Shown: positions 1-9,212 of the stretch, one piece after another | Position numbering within the stretch: the first letter of the stretch is position 1 | Layout: the number at the start of each line of letters is the position of its first letter | Notes under the pieces: model-generated | Told to the model about the DNA's origin: nothing | The model's input: only the letters and a program-made list of their open reading frames with translations | The model's database searches: none | Translations under genes and position numbers: made by a program | Assembly: GCA_951406725.2 (NCBI GenBank) | Contig: OX597828.1 | Coordinates: 806,001-870,000 of the forward strand | Length of the DNA: 64,000 nt | Reading direction: 5' to 3' | From: Octopus vulgaris | Lineage: Eukaryota

Positions 1-1142
1 CTATCACCGACACCCAGGAGAAAAGAATGGTATGATAAGAGGACCATTGTTTACAGGGTGTGCGCAAACGAAAGGAAGAGGGTAGAAGTTGTATCCATGG
101 AATGGATAGAGGAAGCCCTGCGAAGAACTGAGGAGGAAATAAATTTTCTGACTCGAGGATCCAAGTACGGGACCGTAGTTGTGCACTTTAAAAGTGAATC
201 TGCAGCGAGGAAGATGGCAGCGAAGGCGGTGAAGTCGGAAAAGGTAACACTGTTACCTACGTATTTAAACAGGAGGATTACACGAATAAGGGTGGAGGGA
301 GTGCCACCAAACGTGGAGGCAGAATGGATTGTGGCGGCTGTGATCAGCGGCCACGAGGACGAAGTGGATATTCTCCATGCCTCGGTTAAGTCCGAGGGCT
401 GGAGAGGCGTAACAGTGGAGCTGAACGTACAGGCAGAGACCGAGGTACTGGTGGACCTGACGGAAAGCATCAGACTGGGAGAAGTGATCATGAGAGTGTG
501 GGTGGAGGGCAGGGCTCCACGTTGTTACAAGTGTGGCCTGAGGGGTCACATAAGAGCCTTCTGCCCTCCCCCAGGGAAAGAAATGGATCCCGAACCAGAG
601 AGAGAGAAGCAGAAACCAGAGGAGAAGGAAACAGAGGAAGAGAATACACAGAAATGGAAGGAAGCTGGAAGTAAGAGGAAGAGAAGAATATGTGGAAAAA
701 AAGAAAATAATATGGAACTCCAATCTACCCCAAAACCTCCCACACCCTCTGAGTCCCACCCTATCCATGCAGACATTGAACCCACCCGCTCCCCCCCAAC
801 AAGAAAACAAAAGAAAAAAAAGAATACACACACACAAGAGATTGAAATCGAACCCAGGCCGTACATTTGTACTATGACTGAACAGAGGAAGTTAAAAGTC
901 TAATGGAAGAGTATAAACGGTATGATGTTGGAGAGACTAGGTATGCTGTGATTGAAAAGAAGAACATAGGTGAGTTTATGGGGAGGTGTGAAAGGGAGAA
1001 TTGGGAGGTGAAAGATATAAGAATGAGCGATGAATTCGTGGAAAATATGAATGAGTATTTCGGAGTAAGAATGGATATGGAATTTATTCGTATTGGCAAA
1101 GAACATTCAAGTGACTATGAAAAACAAAGGACAGGTAAGTGA
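1..1142 (+). pseudogene. Gag-like ORF1 of copy 1, broken by a 1-bp frameshift near 888
   Basis: ORFs 58-903 and 903-1142 together match the C-terminal 380 aa of ORF 1457-2875. GAACAGAGGAAG here versus GAACAGAAAGAAG in copy 2. Confidence 0.85.
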
Positions 1143-1294
1143 TGCTGACGGACGGGGCCGTTGGTATCGCTTTCATTTTATCATTTTTTTCGTTTAACAC
1201 TTCATGTTCATATAGTTTAATTATAATGTTCTATGTCCCCATGTTTTGTGATGTCCGGCACTCTTCGTAGCCCCTTAGTGGGTAATAAAGAAAT
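1..1294 (+). mobile_element. ORF1-only (HAL1-like) Tx1-type non-autonomous retroelement, copy 1 (5' part outside window)
   Basis: Near-identical to 1733-3027 (offset 1732/1733). Encodes a gag-like ORF1 with CCHC knuckle CYKCGLRGHIRAFC. A short 3' UTR ends GCCCCTTAGTGGGTAATAAAGAAAT. No ORF2. Confidence 0.85.
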
Positions 1295-3027
1295 ACGTTT
1301 TTTTTCGGCTCCTGAAATTCGGTAAAAAAGAACAAAAAGCGTTGTTGTTGTTGTGGAAATTCTGAACGGCGTTGACGCGGTTTCGCGTTTCGCTCGTTCA
1401 GCGCGTTACACTTTTTCTGTTTTGGCGGCCGTTCTCGGTCTGTCAGACAGAAGGAAATGGACTATGAGTCTCTAACAGACTTGTCCACGACAGATGAGGA
1501 ACTGGAACAGGCAATTGCAATGAAGCTGATGGAAGAAAAGGCTGGAATTTTCGAGTCTTTATCAGACCTGCCTACGTCTGAGAAAGAGCTAGAAATGGCA
1601 GCAAGGAATTTGGAAGAGAAGCTGGGTTATACCTATGCCGGTGTAACCAAGAAGGCGGAAGAGAAAGGGGTAGACATGGCCAAGTTGCCAAGTTACCAGA
1701 AATACATGAAAAAGGAAAGCGGTGAGGTGGAACTATCACCGACACCCAGGAGAAAGGAATGGTATGATAAGAGGACCATTATTTACAGGGTGTTCGCAAA
1801 CGAAAGGAAGAGGGTAGAAGTTGTAACCATGGAATGGATAGAGGAGGCCCTGCGAAGAACTGAGGAGGAAATAAATTTTCTGACTCGAGGATCCAAGTAC
1901 GGTACCGTAGTTGTGCATTTCAAAACTGAGTCTGCAGCGAGGAAGATGGCGGCGAAGGCGGTGAAGTCAGAAAAGGTAACCCTATTACCTACGTATTTAA
2001 ACAGGAGGATTACACGAATAAGGGTGGAGGGAGTGCCACCAAACGTGGAGGCAGAATGGATTGTGGCGGCTGTGATCAGCGGCCACGAGGACGAAGTGGA
2101 TATTCTCCATGCCTCGGTTGGGTCCGAGGGCTGGAGGGGCGTGGCGGTGGAGCTGAACGTGCAGGCAGAGACCGAGGTACTGGTGGACCTGACGGAAAGC
2201 ATCAGACTGGGAGACGTGATCATGAGAGTGTGGGTGGAGGGCAGGGCTCCACGTTGTTACAAGTGTGGCCTGAGGGGTCACATAAGAGCCTTCTGCCCTC
2301 CCCCAGGGAAAGAAATGGATTCCGAACCAGAGAGAGAGAAGCAGAAACCAGAGGAGAAGGAAACAGAGGAAGAGAATACACAGAAATGGAAGGAAGCTGG
2401 AAGTAAGAGGAAGAGAAGAATACGTGGAAAAAAAGAAAATAATATGGAACTCCAATCTACCCCAAAACCACCCACACCCTCTGAGTCCCACCCTATCCAT
2501 GCAGACATTGAACCCACCCGCTCCCCCCCAACAAGAAAACAAAAGAAAAAAAAGAATACACACACACAAGAGATTGAAATCGAACCCAGGCCGTACATTT
2601 GTACTATGACTGAACAGAAAGAAGTTAAAAGTCTAATGGAAGAGTATAAATGGTATGATGTTGGAGAGACTAGGTATGCTGTGATTGAAAAGAAGAACAT
2701 AGGTGAGTTTATGGGGAGGTGTGAAAGGGAGAATTGGGAGGTGAAAGATATAAGAATGAGCGATGAATTCGTGGAAAATATGGATGAGTATTTCGGAGTA
2801 AGAATGGATATGGAATTTATTCGTATTGACAAAGAACATTCAAGTGACTATGAAAAACAAAGGACAGGTAAGTGATGCTGACGGACGGGGCCGTTGGTAT
2901 CGCTTTCATTTTATCATTTTTTTCGTTTAACAATTCATTTTCATAAAGTTTAATTATAATGTTCTATGTCCCCATGTTTTGTTATGTCCGCCATTCTTCG
3001 TAGCCCCTTAGTGGGTAATAAAGAAAT
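1295..3027 (+). mobile_element. ORF1-only (HAL1-like) Tx1-type non-autonomous retroelement, copy 2 (complete, about 1.73 kb)
   Basis: About 160-nt CpG-rich 5' UTR with a hairpin at 1362-1401, an intact ORF1, and a 150-nt 3' UTR with the same tail as copy 1. Confidence 0.85.
1457..2875 (+). CDS. Gag-like ORF1 nucleic-acid-binding protein (472 aa; RRM-like region plus CCHC zinc knuckle)
   Basis: Intact ATG-TGA ORF with Cx2Cx4Hx4C. Aligns by eye with the LINE ORF1 at 3262 (RGSKYGTVVVHF vs RGKKYGTVEVRF; VEGRAPRCYKCG vs VEGRKPRCFGCG). Confidence 0.9.
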   Translation: MDYESLTDLSTTDEELEQAIAMKLMEEKAGIFESLSDLPTSEKELEMAARNLEEKLGYTYAGVTKKAEEKGVDMAKLPSYQKYMKKESGEVELSPTPRRKEWYDKRTIIYRVFANERKRVEVVTMEWIEEALRRTEEEINFLTRGSKYGTVVVHFKTESAARKMAAKAVKSEKVTLLPTYLNRRITRIRVEGVPPNVEAEWIVAAVISGHEDEVDILHASVGSEGWRGVAVELNVQAETEVLVDLTESIRLGDVIMRVWVEGRAPRCYKCGLRGHIRAFCPPPGKEMDSEPEREKQKPEEKETEEENTQKWKEAGSKRKRRIRGKKENNMELQSTPKPPTPSESHPIHADIEPTRSPPTRKQKKKKNTHTQEIEIEPRPYICTMTEQKEVKSLMEEYKWYDVGETRYAVIEKKNIGEFMGRCERENWEVKDIRMSDEFVENMDEYFGVRMDMEFIRIDKEHSSDYEKQRTGK

Positions 3028-3261
3028 CACATGGAGGAAATCAATTTTTTGCGTTATTAGTAAGTTGATATATATTTTTGCTCTCATACTACTTATCTCT
3101 GTTATTATATACTGTTGGTCTACCTTTTTTTTTGTCCATTGTTGTCTAACCGACGAAGTCAACCTTCGCGCGAAGACTTCGCGTTGGTGTTCCCCCCTCA
3201 GTGGGGGAAAACTACAATTAATTTAGATCTACCAAAGGCTTGTTAAAGCCATTTGTTCAAG

Positions 3262-4637
3262 ATGGAGTCCCCCATCACTTATTCGCCCGTGACGAGCGAG
3301 GATGAATACCCGGCGTTGTCGCCAAGTAAAAAAGAGGCGTTGTCGCCAAGAAAAAAAGAGGCGCTGTCGCCGAAGAAAAAAGAGGCGGCGTCGCCCAAGA
3401 AAATGGTAAAACCAGTACCAGCATCAACTCCAGCAAAAAAATTCGCTGAAGTGGCTGGGAAGAAAATTAAAAAAATTAACGTGGACAACCTGGGAAAACA
3501 TGCGGACTGTGTGTCAAAAGAGGGCACGGAAGTAACCGTGGCTTCAAACGCCCAAATACAGGAGGATATTTCGAATAGGAGAATAATCTATAAGACATTC
3601 AGTATAACAAACAGAGCAATCCAAAAAATAGAGGAGAAAAAGATTGAAAACTGCTTAAAGCCAATAATGGATAAAATTACGTATATCAATCGAGGGAAGA
3701 AATACGGCACAGTGGAGGTGAGATTCACGTCAGAGGAGGTAGCGAAGAAGCTATCCATGGAACCCATAAAAGCGGAGGATATTGTTCTCCTACCCCTGTA
3801 TAAAGGCAAGAGAACTTCCAAGATCACAATGAACAACATCCCGCCAGAAGCGGATGCCGAAGTCCTAGTGGCAGCAGTTATGGTAGGCCTGGAGGAAAAA
3901 ATAAACATCCTCCAGGCCACCGTAGAAGAAGAAGAATTCTGGAAAGGGCAAAAGATAATAATAGCCATACAAGCAGAAGTACAAACCCTGGAAGAGATCC
4001 CAGAGACTCTAAGGATAAGCGAAGATGAAAGAGTCACAGTCTTCGTAGAGGGCAGAAAGCCGAGGTGCTTCGGCTGCGGTAAGAAGGGGCATGTAAGGGC
4101 GGAATGCCAGCCCCAACCCAAACCGCAGGAAGCACCTAAGCCAAAAGAAAAGAAGACAATGTGTCACCAGAAGCAGCGTCAGACGGCCCAGAAGGGAAGA
4201 CTGAAGGTGTGGAGGTGATGGTAACAGCAGAACCAGCGGCGGAGAAAAAAAGAGCGAGGAAAAGATAAATGAGGAGGGGTGGGCAAAAATTATCGGAAAA
4301 AAAAAAGAAAAACGGAAACCACCCCTCCCAGAGTAATTTTAAAAAAGAAAAAAGAGTCAATGAACTCATATATGGCCGTAAAAGCATCAAATAGCAGACT
4401 CGGAAACGTGTTGGCAGCCATGGCCAAAGTGAAGAAAGTAGAGAAAAAAATGACTTTGTAATTTACAAAATAGACCGGAAGGATTACGGGCGGATAAAGT
4501 CAGAATTCTTCCATGACGTAGGCCCACTTAGGTTGGATGTAACATCTCCACATATATTCGAGGGCCTACGTCAGACTCCCCCACGAGGCCCAGAAAAAGA
4601 GAAGGAAGAAGAAGAAAAAACCGAACCACTGATATAA
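3262..4637 (+). pseudogene. LINE ORF1 (gag-like, CCHC), frameshifted in A-runs after about 4150
   Basis: ATG at 3262 and knuckle CFGCGKKGHVRAEC. Coding-like sequence continues in shifted frames (EDNVSPEAASDG..., MNSYMAVK..., DFVIYKIDRKDYG...) to a stop just before ORF2. Confidence 0.75.
3313..3400 (+). repeat. 24-bp tandem repeat encoding ALSPxKKE (about 3.5 copies)
   Basis: GCGTTGTCGCCAAGWAAAAAAGAG units giving ALSPSKKE ALSPRKKE ALSPKKKE AASPKK. Confidence 0.85.
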
Positions 4638-4646
4638 AGGTAAGTA

Positions 4647-7600
4647 ATGGATTACATTTATGTTGGTTGTTTAAATGTGCGCGGCCTGGGAGCAGGCTGG
4701 AAGCAAGGTCGCTTCCTGCATGATATCAGGTCGCGTAATTTAGATGTTATTGTTGCTACAGAAACCCGGTTAGAGGGGCCAAGAGGTCTACTCCCGCTGT
4801 TTGACGGCTACGAGAGTTTTTTCTCTCCTGGCAGTCCTACAGGCGGGAGTGGGGTGTTGGTCCTATTAAAAAGAAACCGGGTTTCTGAGAAAAAGTTAAT
4901 TTTTGCAGATCCAGAAGGTAGGCTGGTCGTCATGGATTTGACGTTCAGTAATGGTAAAGTTATCAGACTGGTTGCAATTTACGCACCCAACCATACAGGG
5001 CAAAGTGATTATTTTCGTGAACTAGAAAACTTTCTTGGTACTTCGCATTCATTAGTGGTGCTAGGAGACTTTAACACAATTTGCAAAGCGGATGTAGATT
5101 ATGTTGGCTCGTGTCCAGATAGAAAAGGCAACAGTGGCTTCATGGAACTGCTAAGCCGCTTTGAGCTAGCAGATCCTTATAGGCTGGAATTTCCGAACGC
5201 TCCATTGTGGACATGGTCAAACAGCGACGGATCTTCCAGGTCGTATCTAGATAGAATACTAATTAGAAAAGTAGACAGTAAAATAGCTAAGTGTCCACAG
5301 TTTTACCCGATCAGCTACAGTGATCATAAAATGGTCACTTGTAAGCTTGACATAGATAAGGTTAAAAATAGAGGATCCGGTTACTGGAAACTTAATACGT
5401 CCCTTTTGGCGATTAAGGAGTACAAAGACCGGATTAGGAATATAATTCAGAGGGCACTATCTGGTACCATCATTAATAACAAATGGTGGTACGCCCTCAA
5501 ACGAGCCATCAAGTTTGAGTCTATTAGATATAGCATAGGAGTAGTGGCTAGAGAGGCTAGAAGGGAAACTACTCTAGTTAAGGAATTAGAGGAAGCCATG
5601 AAAACTGGCTCTGCGGCTCAGGTGGCGGCCAAGAGACTGGTGTTAAACCAGCACCTCGAGGCCAAACACATGGGCTGCATTGTCAGGGCTAGAATCCGTC
5701 ATATGGGATGTGAAGGAATCAACGCCGTGAGATGGGCCCGAGTGGTGGAAGCTCAGCATGGTAACGATGCCACGATTCGATCTTTGACGAACCAACAAGG
5801 TGAGTTGATAAACGAACCCGAGGAGATGTGTGAGGCCTTTCAGGAGCACTTCGCTCAGCTTTTCGATGAGTGCGGCGGACTGGATAGGAGGAGGGCCTTT
5901 ACGGACCTACTCGACGGTCTGCCGCGCTTATCGGGGCGAGATGCGGAGGGCTGTGAAGGGCCAATCACGCCTGAGGAGGTGGTTGAGGCAATGGCGGACT
6001 GCGGTGCGGGCAAGGCGCCGGGTTTGGATGGTCTACCCTATGAGTTATATAAGAGTATGCCAGACTTGTTCGGGCACCTACTGGCGGAGGTCTACGCGAA
6101 CTGGCAGCAGAACGGGCTTATACCCAGATCTGTGCGCCGGGGAGTAGTGACTCTCGTCAGAAAGGACCCGAGCAAGGGGGAGTGCATTGATAATTTCAGG
6201 CCCATCACTCTGCTAAACACAGAGTTGAAGATTTTGGCCAAAGTGTTATCGAAAAGATTGGCGCGTGTCGCGGATGGTCTGATCGGAGGGGCACAGACAT
6301 GTGCCGTTCCGGGCAGATCCATTCAGGATAATCTCCATCTAATGCGGTACACTATAGAGGGGTTTAATAGTGATTCTGGCAAGGGTGGGGCACTGGTCCA
6401 TTTAGACCAATCTAAAGCTTTTGATAGGGTCGACCATCGTTACCTGGTATCTGCCCTGGCACAGTTCGGGCTGAGCCTTGGATTCCTCAGGTGGATTATC
6501 GAAATTTATGATAACATCGACTCGGTAGTTCGGGTGAACGGCTTCTTGTCGAAGCCGTTCAAAATCAAACGCTCGGTTCGTCAAGGGTGTCCGCTCTCCC
6601 CGCTTTTGTACGTGATGGCTCTTGAGCCATTACTGCGAAAACTGAGCGGCATCCCGAGACAGCCAGGTAATGGAAAATCAGTGTCAGCGTACGCGGATGA
6701 CATCACCATCATCGTAACCGAAATGGACCACCTATGTAAAGTAGGCAAGGCCATAGAGGTGTACGAGACGGTGACAGGAGCAAAAGTTAATCGCGAAAAG
6801 TCAGTCGGCTTGCAACTCGGCACCTGGAGAGGCAAGTCGATGCCTCCTGACAGCGTCGTGGGACGTTGGACGGAGGGTCCGATTAAACTGCTAGGGGTCT
6901 GGTTCGGTCCAGACCTCCAAATAGAGAAGAATTGGGGCGAGGTAACGAGCAAGGTGGCTGCAGTAGCCAAGACCTGGTCTTGGCGGTGGCTATCCCTGAA
7001 AGGGAGGGCGGAGGTGGCCAATGTGTTTATCGCATCGGTTATCACCTACCGCCTTTCCGTCGTTCCTTGCCCTGATTCGTGGTTGATCAAATTGGAAAGA
7101 CAGCTCTTCTACTTCTTGTGGAAGGGCGGGAAACCACTTGTGAAACGCTCTACTTGCTGTCAACAACCGTTAAAGGGTGGGCTAGGGATGCCTTGGCTGA
7201 TGATGCGCAGACATGCGCTGAGGTTAAGACATCTGTGGCTCTACCTGGATGGTGAACGGGTGTGGTCTTCGCTAGCAAAACTGATGTTTCCCAAGTTCAC
7301 TAGTTTCGGTGGATGGGAAACCTGGCTGAATCGTAGATCGAAACTTGGTACTTGGTACACGGAGTGTCGCAAGGCTCTCCTGCTATTCCGTCGCTCGGGC
7401 AACGCCTGCGGTGGGGGTTCCACCACTTTCTTCTATAGAGGGTTGGTAGAGGCGGAATGTGAAGATACCTTGGGGGAAACCCTAGGTCTCGACGATAATC
7501 AGCTGGCCAGTCTGTTCCGACGTACGTTCGAGCCAAGGACACTGGACAACTTCCAGAAGTCTCTGGCATGGCAATGCTACAGAGGAGCTCTACCTGTTCG

Positions 7601-8042
7601 GGATAAACTCGCAAGGCACGGTGGCCAAGACAGTCCGATATGCCCAAGATGCGGGCGGGATAGGGAAACCGTCCCGCACGCGATTGTTCATTGTCCGGAC
7701 GTGTCTGAGGTGTGGGTTTATGCCGAACACCTGTTGTCAGGTACACGAAGAGTACAGCTGTCGACTGAGTCGATTACAAAAATTGACCCACCGGATTTCC
7801 TCGTGAATGAAGGTAAGTTTCGTTTTCTCGTTGTAGTAGCAATCGCGAAAGAGGTGATATGGAAGACGAGAATGAAAGGTTTACAGTCAGGCAAGTTCAT
7901 CTCCGGCCCTGGTTTGATGAATTATTTCATCTTTCACCTGAAAAGGAAGATAGGGCTGGAGAGAATATGCCTGACTAGGAGAGCGTATGAAGAACGATGG
8001 AAGGATGTAGCACGGAAGTTGCGAATGAAAGTTACAACATAA
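4647..8042 (+). CDS. LINE ORF2: APE endonuclease, reverse transcriptase and C-terminal CCHC (1131 aa, intact)
   Basis: APE motifs NVRGL, ETRL, IYAPN, GDFN, LDRIL, SDH. RT motifs KAPGLDGLP, FRPITLLN, LDQSKAFDRV, RQGCPLSP, YADD. C-terminal CPRC..ETVPHAIVHC. Confidence 0.96.
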   Translation: MDYIYVGCLNVRGLGAGWKQGRFLHDIRSRNLDVIVATETRLEGPRGLLPLFDGYESFFSPGSPTGGSGVLVLLKRNRVSEKKLIFADPEGRLVVMDLTFSNGKVIRLVAIYAPNHTGQSDYFRELENFLGTSHSLVVLGDFNTICKADVDYVGSCPDRKGNSGFMELLSRFELADPYRLEFPNAPLWTWSNSDGSSRSYLDRILIRKVDSKIAKCPQFYPISYSDHKMVTCKLDIDKVKNRGSGYWKLNTSLLAIKEYKDRIRNIIQRALSGTIINNKWWYALKRAIKFESIRYSIGVVAREARRETTLVKELEEAMKTGSAAQVAAKRLVLNQHLEAKHMGCIVRARIRHMGCEGINAVRWARVVEAQHGNDATIRSLTNQQGELINEPEEMCEAFQEHFAQLFDECGGLDRRRAFTDLLDGLPRLSGRDAEGCEGPITPEEVVEAMADCGAGKAPGLDGLPYELYKSMPDLFGHLLAEVYANWQQNGLIPRSVRRGVVTLVRKDPSKGECIDNFRPITLLNTELKILAKVLSKRLARVADGLIGGAQTCAVPGRSIQDNLHLMRYTIEGFNSDSGKGGALVHLDQSKAFDRVDHRYLVSALAQFGLSLGFLRWIIEIYDNIDSVVRVNGFLSKPFKIKRSVRQGCPLSPLLYVMALEPLLRKLSGIPRQPGNGKSVSAYADDITIIVTEMDHLCKVGKAIEVYETVTGAKVNREKSVGLQLGTWRGKSMPPDSVVGRWTEGPIKLLGVWFGPDLQIEKNWGEVTSKVAAVAKTWSWRWLSLKGRAEVANVFIASVITYRLSVVPCPDSWLIKLERQLFYFLWKGGKPLVKRSTCCQQPLKGGLGMPWLMMRRHALRLRHLWLYLDGERVWSSLAKLMFPKFTSFGGWETWLNRRSKLGTWYTECRKALLLFRRSGNACGGGSTTFFYRGLVEAECEDTLGETLGLDDNQLASLFRRTFEPRTLDNFQKSLAWQCYRGALPVRDKLARHGGQDSPICPRCGRDRETVPHAIVHCPDVSEVWVYAEHLLSGTRRVQLSTESITKIDPPDFLVNEGKFRFLVVVAIAKEVIWKTRMKGLQSGKFISGPGLMNYFIFHLKRKIGLERICLTRRAYEERWKDVARKLRMKVTT

Positions 8043-8290
8043 ATGTAATACCAAGTGCAACCAAAAGTATCAGTGGGGAGGCGGGGCTCGTGGGGTCCGA
8101 GCTAAACCCGCACCCACTCCACCCGTAATGTCTTCCGGTCTGTCCTATCACTCGATTTCTGTCCATTTATTGTTATTCATGAAAATTTTTAAACCCGATT
8201 TATTGTAAAAACCCATTCGTTTGTCTGACCCCATCATCAGATTGTATTGTCCCATCTGTGTTCGCCCCTTGTGGGTAATAATAAAACAAC

Positions 8291-8620
8291 ATGGAGGAAA
8301 GCACCTTCTAAAAGTGTCTTGGTGCGACTATGAAAGGTATCTAATCAGAGGCGGTAAATTCGTCACATTAGAAGCAAGGTTCGAGTCAACGGAGCGTGCA
8401 AGGGAGTACTCGACTCGAACTTGCAAAGTGGAAATATTTTATTTTTACCTTTATATCTGGGACGTAGGACGTCCCGGAAAAAAATTTTAAATCCACCCCA
8501 CCCCTCACCCCCAGAAGTAGAGGTATGCTGGATTGTAGCTACACTTCTATACAAGAGGGCGGACAAGATACAATTGATCGAAATTACAAGAGACGGGCTA
8601 ACAATTCCAGTCTGTTATAT
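8291..8620 (+). pseudogene. Decayed ORF1 fragment of a third related Tx1-type family (insertion target of the LINE)
   Basis: Across frames it reads MEESTF*KCLGATMKGI / RGGKFVTLEARFESTERAREYS / ILFLPLYLGRRTSR..PPEVEVCWIVATL, colinear with both ORF1 proteins. Confidence 0.75.
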
Positions 8621-8799
8621 ATTTTGAGTATTGTTATCACTAGCGATATCAAGGTATAACTTTGTATTTTGTATTTTATGTGTAGATGTATATATATAGA
8701 TGTACATGTAATATGTACACATATATATACACATATATACATGCACTAGCACTATGAACCGGCAATGACGGTTCTTTAATACTAGTATGATATAAAGAA

Positions 8800-9190
8800 T
8801 TAAATTCGTAAAATAAAAACTGAAATATTCAAATTTGAAATACTAAATTTGAAATATTAAATTAGAAATACTAAATATGAAACATTTAATTAGAAATATC
8901 AATTTCGAAAAACGAAATATTAATTTAAAGCCTTAAATATAGGATTTTGTATATGAAATATTAAATCTCAAATATCACATTTTTCAAATTAACTACTTAA
9001 TTTGAAAAATGTCATATGACGAATGAAATTTAAAATGCAAAATTTGAAATATTAATAAAATAATATACTTGAAATATTAATATAAATTATGAAATATTAG
9101 CTCAATAAAATATAAAATATTGTTTCAATGTATTAAAAAAATATGAAATAAATTCGTGATAACAAATATCAATTAAAACTAATTAAATAC
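8800..9190. repeat. Degenerate AT-rich minisatellite (about 15-bp AAATTTGAAATATTA-like units)
   Basis: Recurring GAAATATT/AAATTT motifs. Confidence 0.55.
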
Positions 9191-9212
9191 CAACAATACG
9201 TCATTTTGCTAG

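Larger units (their letters stand above)
3041..8288 (+). mobile_element. Full-length Tx1-type (L1 group) LINE
   Basis: 5' UTR, ORF1, ORF2 and 3' UTR, flanked by the direct repeat ACATGGAGGAAA at 3029-3040 and 8289-8300 (target-site duplication). Confidence 0.92.

Noticed and set aside
51-2832. Minus-strand ORFs overlapping the ORF1 copies
   Set aside because: They are shadows of a purine-rich coding strand; the silent-site bias fits the plus frame.
1-3027. 1.73-kb direct repeats as LTRs, or ORF1 as a retroviral gag
   Set aside because: There are no TG..CA ends, PBS, protease or integrase, and the ORF and tail match the adjacent non-LTR element.
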